From Leucoraja erinacea (lineage: Eukaryota), in the NCBI RefSeq assembly GCF_028641065.1, contig NC_073402.1, positions 8,804,001-8,868,000 of the forward strand: a DNA stretch of 64,000 nucleotides, given 5' to 3'. Both the position numbers and the translations under genes were made by a program. This document shows positions 51,829-64,000 of the stretch, piece by piece; the first letter of the stretch is position 1, and every line of letters begins with the position of its first letter. Below the pieces are notes generated by a model. The model saw only the letters and a program-made list of their open reading frames with translations, did no database searches and was not told the origin of the DNA.

Positions 51829-52893
51829 TCAATCTTCTTCTTTGTCGGCAGCTTGCCCCGATGTTTTCTTAGCGATGTCCTCTGCATAATTTAAAGCTTT
51901 TCCGGGCACTGCAAATGAGCGTTCAACGCCATTATAAGATATCTTCATTTTTCCGGGAAAGTAAATTCCATATCTTACTCCCGGGACATCCCTCAAAGTG
52001 TGTCTTGCCGGTGTAAACAATCTCATTTTCTGGACTACCTCAGGAGAGTAATCACGAAATATTCGCAAATTATCCCCACGGTATGTTAGCTTCTTGCCAT
52101 GAATGATCTTTTTCAATATAAATTCCACTGAAGAGATGTCACGGAATTTCACGATTATCTGTCTTGAATACTTTTTTCCTTGTGCAACATACCCAACTCG
52201 GTTAGCGACGTCTATTCTTGGTTCTTCTGACAGTTCAAAGACATCTTTGAGCAAATCAGTAACGAAAGTACATGCTTGAGATTCATGCCCTTCGCGTCCT
52301 TCCTTTACCCCAAGAATTCTCAAGTTATATCTCCGAGTTCTTGATTCCAGGTCCAGACATTTATCAGTCATTCTTCCAAGTTTTTCCTCTTCAGTTTTCT
52401 GTGATTGTTTCAAACTCTTTATTTCCGAGACAATCTCTTTTATCTCCTTCTCCATTTCTTCCATTATCTCATCCAGCTTTCCGAAATCATCCTTTACACC
52501 TTTAAATTTCTTGTTGTAATCATTTTCAATTCTGACACACTCTGATTTTAATCTCTTATCAAATTCCTTATTCTGCTTTTTCAGTTCTTTTAACTCACTG
52601 CAAGTATTATCAATTTTTTGAGAAAGTTTCTCCATGCTAGTTTCCATGTGAGACTCCATACTTTGCATCTTCTCCAGTGTAATGTTAATTGTAGCATTCA
52701 TATCTAAAAGCAATTGCTTCACTTCTTTCTCCTCCTTGTCTCCTTTTGTTGCCATTTCAAACAGAGACCCTTGTCTGTATGAATCTTCTTCTTCTGAACC
52801 TTCTTCTGTCGTTTGCAGAGTATCCAATACTTTCTCGAGCTGAAGGCTGATAGTGTTTTTCTTTGGCGCCCTTGAACGATTATCTCTGCTCAT
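51829..52893 (-). CDS. L1 ORF1p (transposase_22-like)
   Basis: 354 aa; coiled coil followed by DLESRTRRYNLRILGVKE and RQIIVKF motifs. Confidence 0.88.
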   Translation of the reverse strand: MSRDNRSRAPKKNTISLQLEKVLDTLQTTEEGSEEEDSYRQGSLFEMATKGDKEEKEVKQLLLDMNATINITLEKMQSMESHMETSMEKLSQKIDNTCSELKELKKQNKEFDKRLKSECVRIENDYNKKFKGVKDDFGKLDEIMEEMEKEIKEIVSEIKSLKQSQKTEEEKLGRMTDKCLDLESRTRRYNLRILGVKEGREGHESQACTFVTDLLKDVFELSEEPRIDVANRVGYVAQGKKYSRQIIVKFRDISSVEFILKKIIHGKKLTYRGDNLRIFRDYSPEVVQKMRLFTPARHTLRDVPGVRYGIYFPGKMKISYNGVERSFAVPGKALNYAEDIAKKTSGQAADKEED

Positions 52894-53004
52894 TTAAACT
52901 CATTTAAACACTCGATTTCACCATTAATCTCCCCGATTTTCACGTCTTCTTCTGATGATATCACCCTTATACAACACCAGGCAACTTCGGTGAGTTTTTT
53001 TAAA

Positions 53005-54340
53005 AATTTCTTCAGGTATACGGGAGAGAGCATAATGTCGGGTTGCCTCACAGCCTGGTTTGACAACTTGAACACCCAAGAACTAAGCAGATTATAAAAC
53101 GTGATGAACACTGCCCAGTCCATCACGGGTTACTGACCTCCCCACCATTGAAGGGATCTACAGGAGGCAATGCCTCAAAAACATCATCAAACACACACAC
53201 CACTCTGGCCATGCTCTCATTTCACTCCAACTTTCGGGAAGAAGATACAGGAGACTGAATCCGTGACCAGTAGGTTCAGAAATAGTGTCTGCCCAACACC
53301 ACCAGGCTCCTGAACACCTTAAACCACAACTCTTCTTCCACTAAAGACTGAGCTTTGATGCATTAGTACTGGAGGTTATCTGTTAATTGATTTTATTTGG
53401 TTATTGTGTGTTGTCTGTGAGTATTGTGTTTACATCCTTGTTATGCAGCTACAAGCAAGAATTTCATTGTTTTGTTGGACTGGACAATTAAACACTCCTG
53501 ACTCTTTCATTTTGCTTCACTTGGGTGGCACGGCTTCGCAGCGGTAGAGTTGCTGCCTTACAGCACCAGAGACCCGGCTTCCATCCTGACTCTGGATGCT
53601 GTCTGTGTGGAGTTTGTATGTTCTCCCTGCGCGGGTTTTCTCCAGGTGCTCCAGTTGCCTCTAAAGTCTTACAGGTAGGCTAATTGGCTTGGCAAATTTA
53701 TAAATAATGTCCCTGGTGTGTGTAGGAAAGTGTTAGTGTGCGGGGATCGCTGGTCGGTGTGAACTCTGTGGGCCGAAGGGCCAGTTTCCACGCTGTATCT
53801 CTCAACTGAACTAAACATTTTGTCAACCTATCCCATTTTTTCCCTATTCAAACCTTTAATATTTATATCATTGAATAAAAGAAATACAGATCTCATGCCT
53901 GTTTATGTTATAATAGTTGATATCATATAAAGTTTAGCAGTTCCTTGTGGTGTCCGGTGCCACAGGGAGGGCCGGTACTGATATCACTTTATCTGTGGCA
54001 TTGTCGTTGAACAGCCGTTGGAGACAGTTCCGTGCTGTGCTGATTGCGAACCGCGTCCAGTTTCCCCCCGACCGCACGGCTTCAGGCTGAACCCGGGGAA
54101 CTGGTGACGACCACCGACAAAGCTGCAAACCAGCGGGTGTTGCACACAGTCCACAGGCTCTCATTCAGACAGGCGGGAAGAGAGAGGGGAAGGGCTCCAA
54201 GGTGCGGGGAGCCTGGAACCAGGACCATTGCTCCTGGGGGGAGACTCCAGGTCCCACACACACCACTGAATGCTCACCTTCCCCAGTGTTAGGGCAGACC
54301 AAGTTTCTGTATTCAATTCAGGGGAAGTAAATTGGATGAA
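53005..54340 (+). repeat. Right copy of ~1.35 kb direct duplication flanking the L1
   Basis: Near-identical to 45490-46894 but lacks the long poly-T. Confidence 0.92.
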
Positions 54341-55164
54341 TGCAAAGTCTTTTACCCAGGGCAGGGGAATCAAGAACCGGAGGACATAGTTTGAAAGTGA
54401 TAACAGAAAGATTTAAAAGGAATCCAAGGAGTAACATTTTCACTCGGCAGGTGGTGGTGGGGAGTTGGAAAGCTGTCAGAGGAAGTAGTTGAGGCTGGTA
54501 CAATAACAGCATTCATACACAATTGAACAGGTACGTAGATAGGAAGGTTCAGAAGTTCTAATGCAGGCAAGTGGGATCAGCTTGGATGGAGCATCTAGGT
54601 CAGCAAGGGCCAGGAAGCGAGCAGGCAGGATCATCTCTGACCCACCCCTCTCACCCTGGCCACAAACTCTTTGAATCACTTCCCTCCAGAAGGCGACTCC
54701 GGACCGTCAAAGCTGCCACAGCCAGACATAAATACAGTTTTTATCCACAAGTAGCTGCTCTACTCAACAGCCAAAATCTGTAGCCTCCCTTTGATCTGGT
54801 ATTTTGATGGTTCACGTGCTTGATCAGTGGTGTTTTATCATTAATGTTTTATTATTATTAATGTTTAGTGTTTTCTGAGTCATTCGTAACTGTCATGTTG
54901 TTACTTGTGGGTGGAGCACCAAGGCAAATTCCTTGTATGTGAATACTTGGCCAATAAACTTACTTACTTACTTACAAGATAGCCGAAGGGCCTGTTATCA
55001 TGCGCTATGGCTTTGTTAGTTGTCAGAGGACATGACCACATCCTCAGTGCAAGAATAATCCAATATATAAACGCTTGCCTCTCCCTGGAAGAAGGCCAGG
55101 TCCAGCATCCACTCCCTGGGGGTTTTAGAGGCCAGGAATTCAGGCTATGGAGTGGTGTTCTGAC

Positions 55165-56200
55165 ATAGAAACATTGAAAATAGATGTGGGAATAGGCCAT
55201 TCGGCCCTTCGGGCTAGCACCGCCATTCAATATGATCATGGCTGATTGTCTAAAATTAGTACCCCAATCCTTTGATTTTACCCATATCCCTTGATTCCGT
55301 TAGCCCTAAGAGCTCTATCTAACTCTCTCTTGAAAGTCCAGTCGCTCCATTCTTTCATCATATGACAGTCCCGCCATCCCGGGAATTAACCTTGTGAACC
55401 TACGCTGCACTCCCTCAATAGCAAGAATGTCCATCCTCAAATTAGGAGGCCAAAACCACACACAATACTCCACGTGTGGTCACACCAGGGCCCTGTAGAG
55501 CTGCAGAAGGACTTCTTTGCTCCTATATTCAACTCCTTTCTTTATGAAGGCCAACGTGCCATTAGCTTTCTTCACAGCCTTTTGTACCTGTATGCTTACT
55601 TTCAATGACTGATGTACTAGGACACCCAGGTCTCATTGTACTTCCCCTTTTCCTAACCTTACCGTTCAGATAATAATCTACCTTCCCGTCCTTGCCTCCA
55701 AAGTGGATAAGCTCACATTTATCTACGTTATACTGGATCAGCTATGCATCTGCCCACTCACCCAACCAGTCCAAGTCACTCTGCATCCTCATAGCATCCT
55801 CTCCACAGTTCACAGTGCCACCCAGCTTCGTGTCATCTGCAAATTTGCTAATGTTACTTTAAATTCCTTTATCTAAATTATTAATGTATATTGTAAATAG
55901 CTGTGGTCCCAGCATCGAGACTTGCAGCACCCCACTAGTCCCTGCCTACCATTCTGAAAGGGACCTGTTAATCCCTACTCTTTGTTTCCTGTCTGCCCAC
56001 TAATTTTTTATCCATGCCGATACCCTACCCCCAATACCATGTGCTCTAATTTTGCCCACTAATCTGTGTGTGACCTTATCAAAGGCTTTCTGAAAGTCCA
56101 GGTACACTACATCCACTGGCTCTCCCTTGTCCATTTTACTTGTTACATCCTCAATAAATTCCAGAAGATTTGCAAAGCATGATTTCCCCTGCGTAAATCC
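55165..56200 (-). mobile_element. CR1-clade LINE fragment
   Basis: Reverse complement of the 56880-58385 family. Confidence 0.85.
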
Positions 56201-56879
56201 ATCCTGTTACTACTATCAAAACGCGCCGCTATTACATCTTTGATAATAGCGGTACACTATCTGTGGCTGCAATTCCTGGTAGTGATTGAGGGTCTCTCAC
56301 AAGTAGTCCACCTCATTCATCGAGCCTTGGAAAACGCCACCATCCAATACTGCGTTGGTTTATCTGCTGGAAGAGGGTGGAGGACAGTTGGGAGCAGAGA
56401 CGGTCAGCTGTGTGTTGTCCACATACCCAGAAATAGACCAAAACGTAGGCTCAGAGTGATTGTACCGACAATGGGACAATGAAATTCTTACTTACAATAG
56501 CCAGCACAGTGATAGAGTTGCATTACAGCGCCAGAGACCCGGGATCGCTCCTTACTTTGGTTGCTGTCTGTATGTTGTTTTGACATGCTCCCCTTGACCA
56601 CATGGGTTTTCTCCAGGTGCTCAGGTTTCCTCCCACATTTCAAAGACGTACAGATTTTTAGGTCAGTCTGAAGAAGGGTTTCGGCCCGAGACCTTGCCTA
56701 TTTCCTTTGTTCCATAGTTGCTGCTGCACCCGCTGAGTTTCTCCAGCTTTTTTGTGTACCTTCGATATTCCAGCATGTGCAGTTCCTTCTTAAACAGATT
56801 TTTAGGTTAATTGGCTTTGGTAAAAATGGTAAATTGTTGCAGTGTACAAGGTGATGCATTAGTGATAATTGTTCAAAAC

Positions 56880-58385
56880 TTTCGATTCTGGAGTAGTTCC
56901 TGAGGATTGGAGGGTAGCTAATGTAACCCCACTTTTTAAAAAGGGAGGGAGAGAGAAAACGGGGAATTACAGACCAGTTAGTTTAACATCGGTAGTGGGG
57001 AAACTGCTAGAGTTATTAAAGATGGGATAGCAGCACATTTGGAAAGTGGTGAAATCATAGAGCAAAGTCAGCATGGATTTATGAAAGGTAAATCATGAAT
57101 TATGAAAAGATGAATCTTATAGAATTTTTCGAGGATGTAACTAGTAGTGGATAAGAGAGAACCAGTGGATATGTTATATCTGGACTTTCAGAAGGCTTTC
57201 GACAAGGTCCCACATAAGAGATTAGTATACAAACTTAAAGCACACGGTATTGGGGGTTCAGTATTGATGTGGATAAGAGAACTGGCTGCCAGACAGGAAG
57301 CAAAGAGTAGGAGTAAACGGGTCCTTTTCACAATGGCAGGCAGTGACTAGTGGGGTACCGCAAGGCTCAGTGCTGGGAACCCAGCTATTCACTATATATA
57401 TTAATGGTTTGGGCGAGGGAATTGAATGCAACATCTCCAAGTTTGTGGATGACACCAAGCTGGGGGGAGGGGTGGGGTGGAGGGGCAGCGTTAGATGTGA
57501 GGAGGATGCTAGGAGGCTGCAAGGTGACTTGGATAGGCTGGGTGAGTGGGCAAATGCATGGCAGATGCAGTATAATGTGGATAAATGTGAGGTTATCCAC
57601 TTTGGTGGCAAAAACAGGAAAGTAGACTATTATCTGAATGGTGGCCGATTAGGGAAAGGGGAGATGCAACAAGACCTGGGTGTCTTGGTACACCAGTCAT
57701 TGAAAGTAGGCATGCAGGTGCAGCAGGCAGTGAAGAAAGCGAATGGTATGTTAGCATTCATAGCAAAAGGATTTGAGTATAGGAGCAGGGAGGTTCTACT
57801 GCAGTTGTACAGGGTCTTGGTGAGACCACACCTGGAGTATTGCGTACAGTTTTGGTCTCCTAATCTGAGAAAATACATTATTGCCATAGAGGGAGTGCAG
57901 AGAAGGTTCACCAGACTGATTCCTGGGATGTCAGCTTTCATATGAAGAAAGACTGGATAGACTCGGCTTGTACTCGCTAGAATTTAGAAGATTGAGGGGG
58001 GATCTTATAGAAACTTACAAAATTCTTAAGGCGTTGGACAGGCTTGATGCAGGAAGATTGTTCCCGATGTTGGGGAAGTCTAGAACAAGGGGTCACAGGT
58101 TAAGGATAAGGGGGAAATCTTTTAGGACCGAGATGAGAAAAACATTTTTCACACAGAGTGGTGAATCCCTGGAATTTTCTGCCACAGAAGGTAGTTGAGG
58201 CCAGTTCATTGGCTATATTTAAGAGGGAGTTAGATGTGGCCCTTGTGGCTAAAGGGATCAGGGGATATGGAGAGAAGGCAAGTACAGGATACTGAGTTGG
58301 ATGATCAGCCATGATCATATTGAATGGCGGTGCAGGCTCGAAGGGCCGAATGGCCTACTCCTGCACCTATTTTCTATGTTTCTAT
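56880..58385 (+). mobile_element. CR1-clade LINE, 3' portion
   Basis: YLDFQKAFDKVPH, SGVPQGSVLG, FVDDTKLG, LVRPHLEYCVQFWSP; 3' tail ...TTCTATGTTTCTAT. Confidence 0.9.
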
Positions 58386-59723
58386 TTTATTGCTCAATCT
58401 CGTGTGGTTATACGCCACTTGCCCTTCTAAGAAGTTGATGGGATCTATGCGATCCTTGGCCGGCGTGGACACGGTGAGGGGAGGGGCCTGTTTCTGCGTT
58501 GTATCCCTAAAGTCTAAAGCTTGTAAAAGACATTATACATAGGTTGAAATACACAAAAAATTAATGAATACCTTAATATTAGCACAAAAGGCCGTATGTC
58601 TTTAGTGCAACACATGTTAGTCCATAGTTTAGTTTATGAGCCTGATGGTTTGTGGGAAGAGGCTATTCTTAAACCTGGTCACAGTTCTCCCTCCTGTACC
58701 TTCTACCTGATGGTAGTGGTGAGATGCGAGTGTGGCCAGGTAGTGCAAGTCTTTGATGATGCTGGCTGCCTTTATGAGGCAGTGTCTCCTATAGATTCCT
58801 TCAATGGTGGGGAGGTCAGTACCTGTGATGGGCTGGACAATGCCCACCACTTCTCATAATCTTTGTTCCTGGACATTCAGCTTGCCACACCAAGCCGCGC
58901 TGCAGCCAGTTAATATGCTCTTCCATGCATCTGTAGAAATTCACAAAGTATTTGTTGATATTACGAATCTCCTCAACCTTCAAGTCGAGGCATTGATGGA
59001 CTTTCTTTATGATTACATCAAAGTGCTGGGTCCAGGACAGATCTTCAGAGATATGCATGACCAGGAACTTGAAGTTGTAGACTCCCTCCAACACCCATCT
59101 GTCGATGAAGACAGGTTGAAGGATCCTTGGCTTCCATCTTCTAGAGTCACCAATGATCGAGATTGCCGCTGCTGGAATCTGGAGCAAAGAACAAACTACT
59201 GGAGAAACTCAGCGGATCCAGTAGTGTCTGTAAAGGCAGAGGGATAGTCGATGCTTCAGGTCGAGACTCTGCAGCAGGACTACATTAACCTTCAAATGCT
59301 AGGCATTGAAAACTATCCTGATAGACTCTGTATCAGGAATCCAAGCATTGAAATCCCACTGAGTATAATGGGCTCATTTATTTACATAGACCGTCTTACA
59401 TATTGAGTCATAGTGCTATACAGCAGGGAATCAGGCCATTCGGCCCAAGTCGTCCGACTTGTTCCTACATCTACTCTGACTAAATCCCTGGAATTGGCTC
59501 CCGAAAGAGTGGGGGGAGGGCAGGGGAAGACCTGCGATTGGGTGGGGGCTGTTTCTCATCTCCCAGGAAGAGTGAGTCAGATTGTCTCGTTCCACATCAA
59601 CTTCCTCACTATCTGATGCCAACGGAGCAGACCGTTGATGTCGACACACAGAGCAGTGACGGCTCTCTGAGTATCACCCCCTCAGTTCCCTCCTGCGATT
59701 GGCGGTGACTGGGTTCAGCAGAA

Positions 59724-62700
59724 TATAAATTGCAGCAGCTTGTGCCCAGGGTATTGGACCCTGTTGAGGTGAAACCGGCTTGTTGGAGACAGACACAGTG
59801 AGTACCAGAGGGACTGTCTGTGTGTTGCTGACACACGGGACTGGCTGCTGGTTCTCAGTTTCAATGGGATTGGCACCAAATGAATTGAATTGGGGATTCT
59901 TTGTTTCAACAGATCGGAGGCAAGATGAAGCCCATCATTCCAATTGTGCTTGTGATGTGCATTTACCTGTCAGGATCGGTCAGTGCAGGTTAGTATTTTT
60001 TCTGACGTGAGGAATTCCTGAGTGCAAGAATCAGTGATGGTGCATCTGAGGACAGAGATACTGAGGAGCATGCAGGGCAGCAGGAGCCCAGATTCCATTC
60101 CCGGTCTGTGCCGAGGCAGCAGGGCTCTCCATGTGGTCCTGAGTCACCATCAGGAAGACCCCAGTGCCCCCCCCCCCCCCCCCCCCCCACCCCCCAGCCT
60201 GTTTGATAGGACAGGATTGTGCCAACACTTTGGAAATACTTGGTGGGTGGGAACCAGTGAACTCATTGAGTGGACTGTATGAAAAACATCAACTCCCAAA
60301 ATTTGTTGTTCTTCCCTGCACCAGATTATTTCTTTTACCATTTTGACCAAGGTTGGAATTTGAGATTGTACCCTAGCTTATGGAAGGACTGTTCACAAGT
60401 CTGATAACAGAGAGGAAGAAGCTGTTCCTGAGTATGGTGGTGCATGCTATCAAGCTACCTGTATCTTCAGCCTGACGGGGACAGGGAGAAGGAATGACTG
60501 GGATGGGGCAAGTCTTTGATAATGTGTAAGAAAGAACTGCAGATGCTTGTTTAAACCGAAGATAGACACAAAAAAGCTGGAGTCACTCAGCGGGACAGGC
60601 AGCATCTCTGCAGAGAAGGAATAGGTGACATTTCGGGTTGAGACATGATGAAGGGTGTCCCATCCCTTCTCTCCAGAGATGCTGCCTGTCCCGCTGAATT
60701 ACTCCAGCTTTTTGTGTCTATCTTAAGTCTTTGATAATGTTGGCTGCTTTCTGTAGATGGAGTCACTAGTGTGACGTCTGTGTCTGTGTGATGGGTTATA
60801 ACCACAACTCTTTGCAGTTTCTTGCGGCCTTGGGCAGAGCTGTTCCAAAACCAAGCTGTGATGCAACCCGGCGGGATGCTTTCTATGGTGCATCAGTAGA
60901 CGTTTGTAACAGCCATTGGACATATGCTGAGTTTTGGCATCTAAACTCAGTGCCTGAATCGATTACGGGGATCTATCTAGTTTTGACTCTTTTTGGGTTG
61001 CAACTCAGTATTTAGATAAAATGCAGAGGCATGATGGCCATTTCAATGCATACTTTTACTCGGCACTACCCTTCATTAGAATTTGACGACTATTGTCCTC
61101 AATGCTGGGGGCAGAAGGAACTACAGAATCTGGAATCTTGAATAATATACAAAGTGCTGCATAATTCAGCTGGTCAGGCAGCATCTGTGGAGGGAATGGA
61201 CAAGTGATGTTTTGGGTCAGGTCTCTTCTTCAGATTGATTGTTGAAGGGGGCAGAAAGCTGGAAGAGAGGTGGGGGGTGGACAAAGCCTGTGTGATGGGA
61301 GGATACAGGAGAGGGGGGGGGGGGGGGGGGGGGGGGGTTGATTGCCCTCACCCCCCCCCCCCCCCCCCCCCCGCGCTTCAATCAGTCTGAAAAGGGGTCC
61401 AGACCTGAAATTTCAGCTTTCCATTCCCTCCAGCGATGCAGGAGTGGGACATATCTTTGATAATGTTGGCCACTTTAGATGGAGTCAATGGTGTGAAGTC
61501 TGGTCTGTGGGATGGACTGGGCTACATTTACAAGTCTCTCTGATTACTCCTGAGATAATCCTGCACTTTGTGCATCCCTCAATGCTACTCGTCAATTAGG
61601 CCACAGATTCCTCCTGAACACACATTCCCCCCTCTCTGAGGAAAAAAACTTCTTATTCCCTGAACATGTGTCACCCATTTCGCATCTGCTCCAACTCAGA
61701 AACGCGTTATTTTAGGAAGGAGATGAGGAGAAATTTCTTTAGGTGAATCTGTGGAATTCTTTGTCTCAGAAGGCTGTGGAGGCCAAGTCAATGGATATTT
61801 TTAAGACAGAGATAGTTAGATTCTTGATTAGTACAGATATCAGTGGTTGTGGGGAGAAGACAGGAGAATGCGGTTAGGTGGGAGAGGTAGATCAGCCATG
61901 ATTGAATGGCAGAGTAGACTTGATGACAGATTGTCAGCCTTTACTGTCTGCTTCAGGGCTGCATCAGATGAATGCCGCGACTATAGTTTGTTCTCCTACG
62001 CAACAGATTGCCACCACAACAAACTGCTGATTTGGCAAATGGCTAATGGTTGTGTCTCCCTGTATTTAAGGAATTATTTTATCAAGTTCTCCCTCCCCAA
62101 AATGGATTCCTTACTGAGACATATCAGACCTGGGAATCGAGAGAGGGTGCGGTAACAGTCTGGATCAATGGGGAACGCAGTCTGCAGAAGTTCGGCACGA
62201 GGGGTTTGTATGTGAGAGGTGGTGGTCAGTTTATTCTTGGTCAGGAGCAGGACAAAGTTGGTGGAGATTTTGACGGTGGTCAGTCCTTTGTTGGGGAGAT
62301 GACTAACGTTAACATGTGGAGTTATGTTCTAAAACCCAGGGAGATTATTTTGGTAAGTCACGGGTGTTGTGGAATCGGAGGCAATATCATCAACTGGGGA
62401 AAAACAAGATATACAGCTGGAGGGAGTGTGATGATTGAAGACAACATGGACTGCAAAATTTGAATACATTGGCTCCAAAAAGCATTTAAATGCGCAGAGG
62501 GGAACACAATCTCCTCAAACTACTCTTGCTGAATATGACCTCGCTTTGCGATCTTTCCTCTCTAAACCAGATTAGTAGTAGAAGTAATGTTGATTCCAGA
62601 ATAAAGGGCTGTTTACATCGGGGTAAGGGACAACTCACTGTCCTTCCAGTTTCTCATCACCCTCAGTGACAGGGTAATGGCTTCAAACTCAGTACACTAG

Positions 62701-63256
62701 AGTCTTGGCCATTCTCCGTCACACATTGAGATAGGGATGGGGAGTGGGGAACCATGGTGGATGTCTACAGGGATCAGCAGGGTGTAAACCCCAGGGCACT
62801 GCCCCACACACTGACCCTTGACTGAAGCCCAGGGACTGCTCAGAACAGACAAGTCCGCCCTCTTTAACCAGACTCCCCTCCTCTTCCATTCTGCTGGAGC
62901 CCTTCCTCAAATCCCACTGGGAATAGTTGGGCATCCCAGTTAAAAGATGCAGCAGTACAGAGCAGTGTCCAGGGCATTTGGTGCCATCTCTCTGACACAC
63001 ACATGTAGACAAGAAAGTGTCAGGGGCACAGGGGTGGTGGTGATGGGCAGACACGGACTGTGGGAAAGTCCCTGTGGTGGAGGCTGATCCTGTCTTGATT
63101 TAGATTGTGCTGATTGGAATTATTACTGTCTCTCTGTATTTAACCTCTTAATTTCACATTGTTTGTTACACCAAGGTTTGGAAAGCTCACAATGTGTTCT
63201 GTGCTTCCAGTGATTGTGATTAAACTGTAACATTGCAGCTTCATCAGCTTAATAAA
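59724..63256 (+). pseudogene. Pentraxin copy C, probable pseudogene
   Basis: TATAAA 59724, donor 59798, signal exon 59925-59988 (MKPIIPIVLVMCIYLSGSVSA). The main exon begins abruptly at ~61929, fused to a CR1-type tail, and lacks ~25 N-terminal codons. A frameshift at ~62125 destroys HICVTW. Stop 62463, AATAAA 63251. Confidence 0.85.
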
Positions 63257-64000
63257 CAAGCATCAAAACAGAAGGGATCATGTATGTGAAATCTGTGTGT
63301 GTCTGGTCTCCAGTTAACAGTGCAGTCTCAGTATCCATCACTAATTTGATTCATGACAGCACAGTGTGGAGCTGATCTGCTGATAGGGCCTGTTTATAGG
63401 TCCATGACTTTATGAATGAATTATGAAAAATAGGCAGTGATGAGAAAAGATGTGTGCATACACTGGAAGCCTTTTGGAAAGGTCAATGCCCAAAGCATTG
63501 TTGGAGTAAAGTCTGATCATCAGCCTTTGAGGTACCCAGAACCTCAGCATCCAAAGCGACCATGTGTCAAAATGAACCAAATGTCAAACAGGATGGCTTT
63601 TTCTCTAGGGGAAAGTACACTGATTGACTGGCACCAGGAGTGAGAAGGAATCGTGTCACACAGTTCACAGAGTTGTACAGGCAAGAGATCGGCATAGTTG
63701 TACAATGACAAAAGCAGGGCAGGTAGTTTTGCCTGCAGCATCCTCTGGCTTGGACCAGACATCTACTTTCCTGGACAGTTAACCAATTCTACCCCATCCA
63801 AGCCCTGAGCACAAAGGCAGTCATTGTGAGGCATATTGAAATCACCTATCATGACAGCGTTATTATTCATATAGCTAACTCCCTACACGTTTTCTCCTGT
63901 AATTTTATTTACAATTGGCAGGTCTATTACACAATCCCAACAAATTGATCATCTGTTCTTATTTCTAAGTCCACATACTGGTTGATCCTCCAAGAATATC

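Larger units (their letters stand above)
46895..53004 (-). mobile_element. Near full-length L1-clade LINE
   Basis: ORF1 (coiled coil, RRYNLRILG), ORF2 with APE endonuclease, RT (YADD) and C-terminal Cys domain; poly(A) tail at ~46900-46930. Confidence 0.95.

Noticed and set aside
60270-60335. Possible displaced 5' part of pentraxin C main exon (GLYEK...)
   Set aside because: Similarity is short and gapped, with no proper acceptor; could be chance.
61310-61375. Long poly-G/poly-C tracts as functional G-quadruplexes (also 15157, 28765, 37860, 60167)
   Set aside because: Simple homopolymers within or next to repeats; lengths are unreliable in assemblies.

Overview
Eukaryotic, repeat-rich vertebrate genomic DNA. 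The CR1/Penelope/HE1-like SINE repeat landscape suggests a cartilaginous fish (inference). The window holds a complete 8-exon MRPS15 gene (+, CDS 4181-14912) behind a CpG-island promoter built from tandem RFX X-box/GC-box repeats. It also holds a short-pentraxin (CRP/SAP-like) cluster: two intact tandem copies on the minus strand (21175-24287 and 30755-32811) and one damaged inverted copy on the plus strand (59925-62463). Transposons include a near full-length L1 flanked by a ~1.35 kb direct duplication, truncated L1, RTEX-like, CR1, Penelope and DIRS fragments, and Harbinger/ISL2EU MITEs. The most striking observation is two families of very short (135-170 bp) retroelements, most copies flanked by target-site duplications (TSDs) and ending in a GAA tail. 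Their 5' ends fold by hand into HDV/CPEB3-like self-cleaving ribozymes. Five copies are present, one of them sense-oriented inside pentraxin intron 1. All calls come from manual reading; no database searches were run, and repeat boundaries are approximate.
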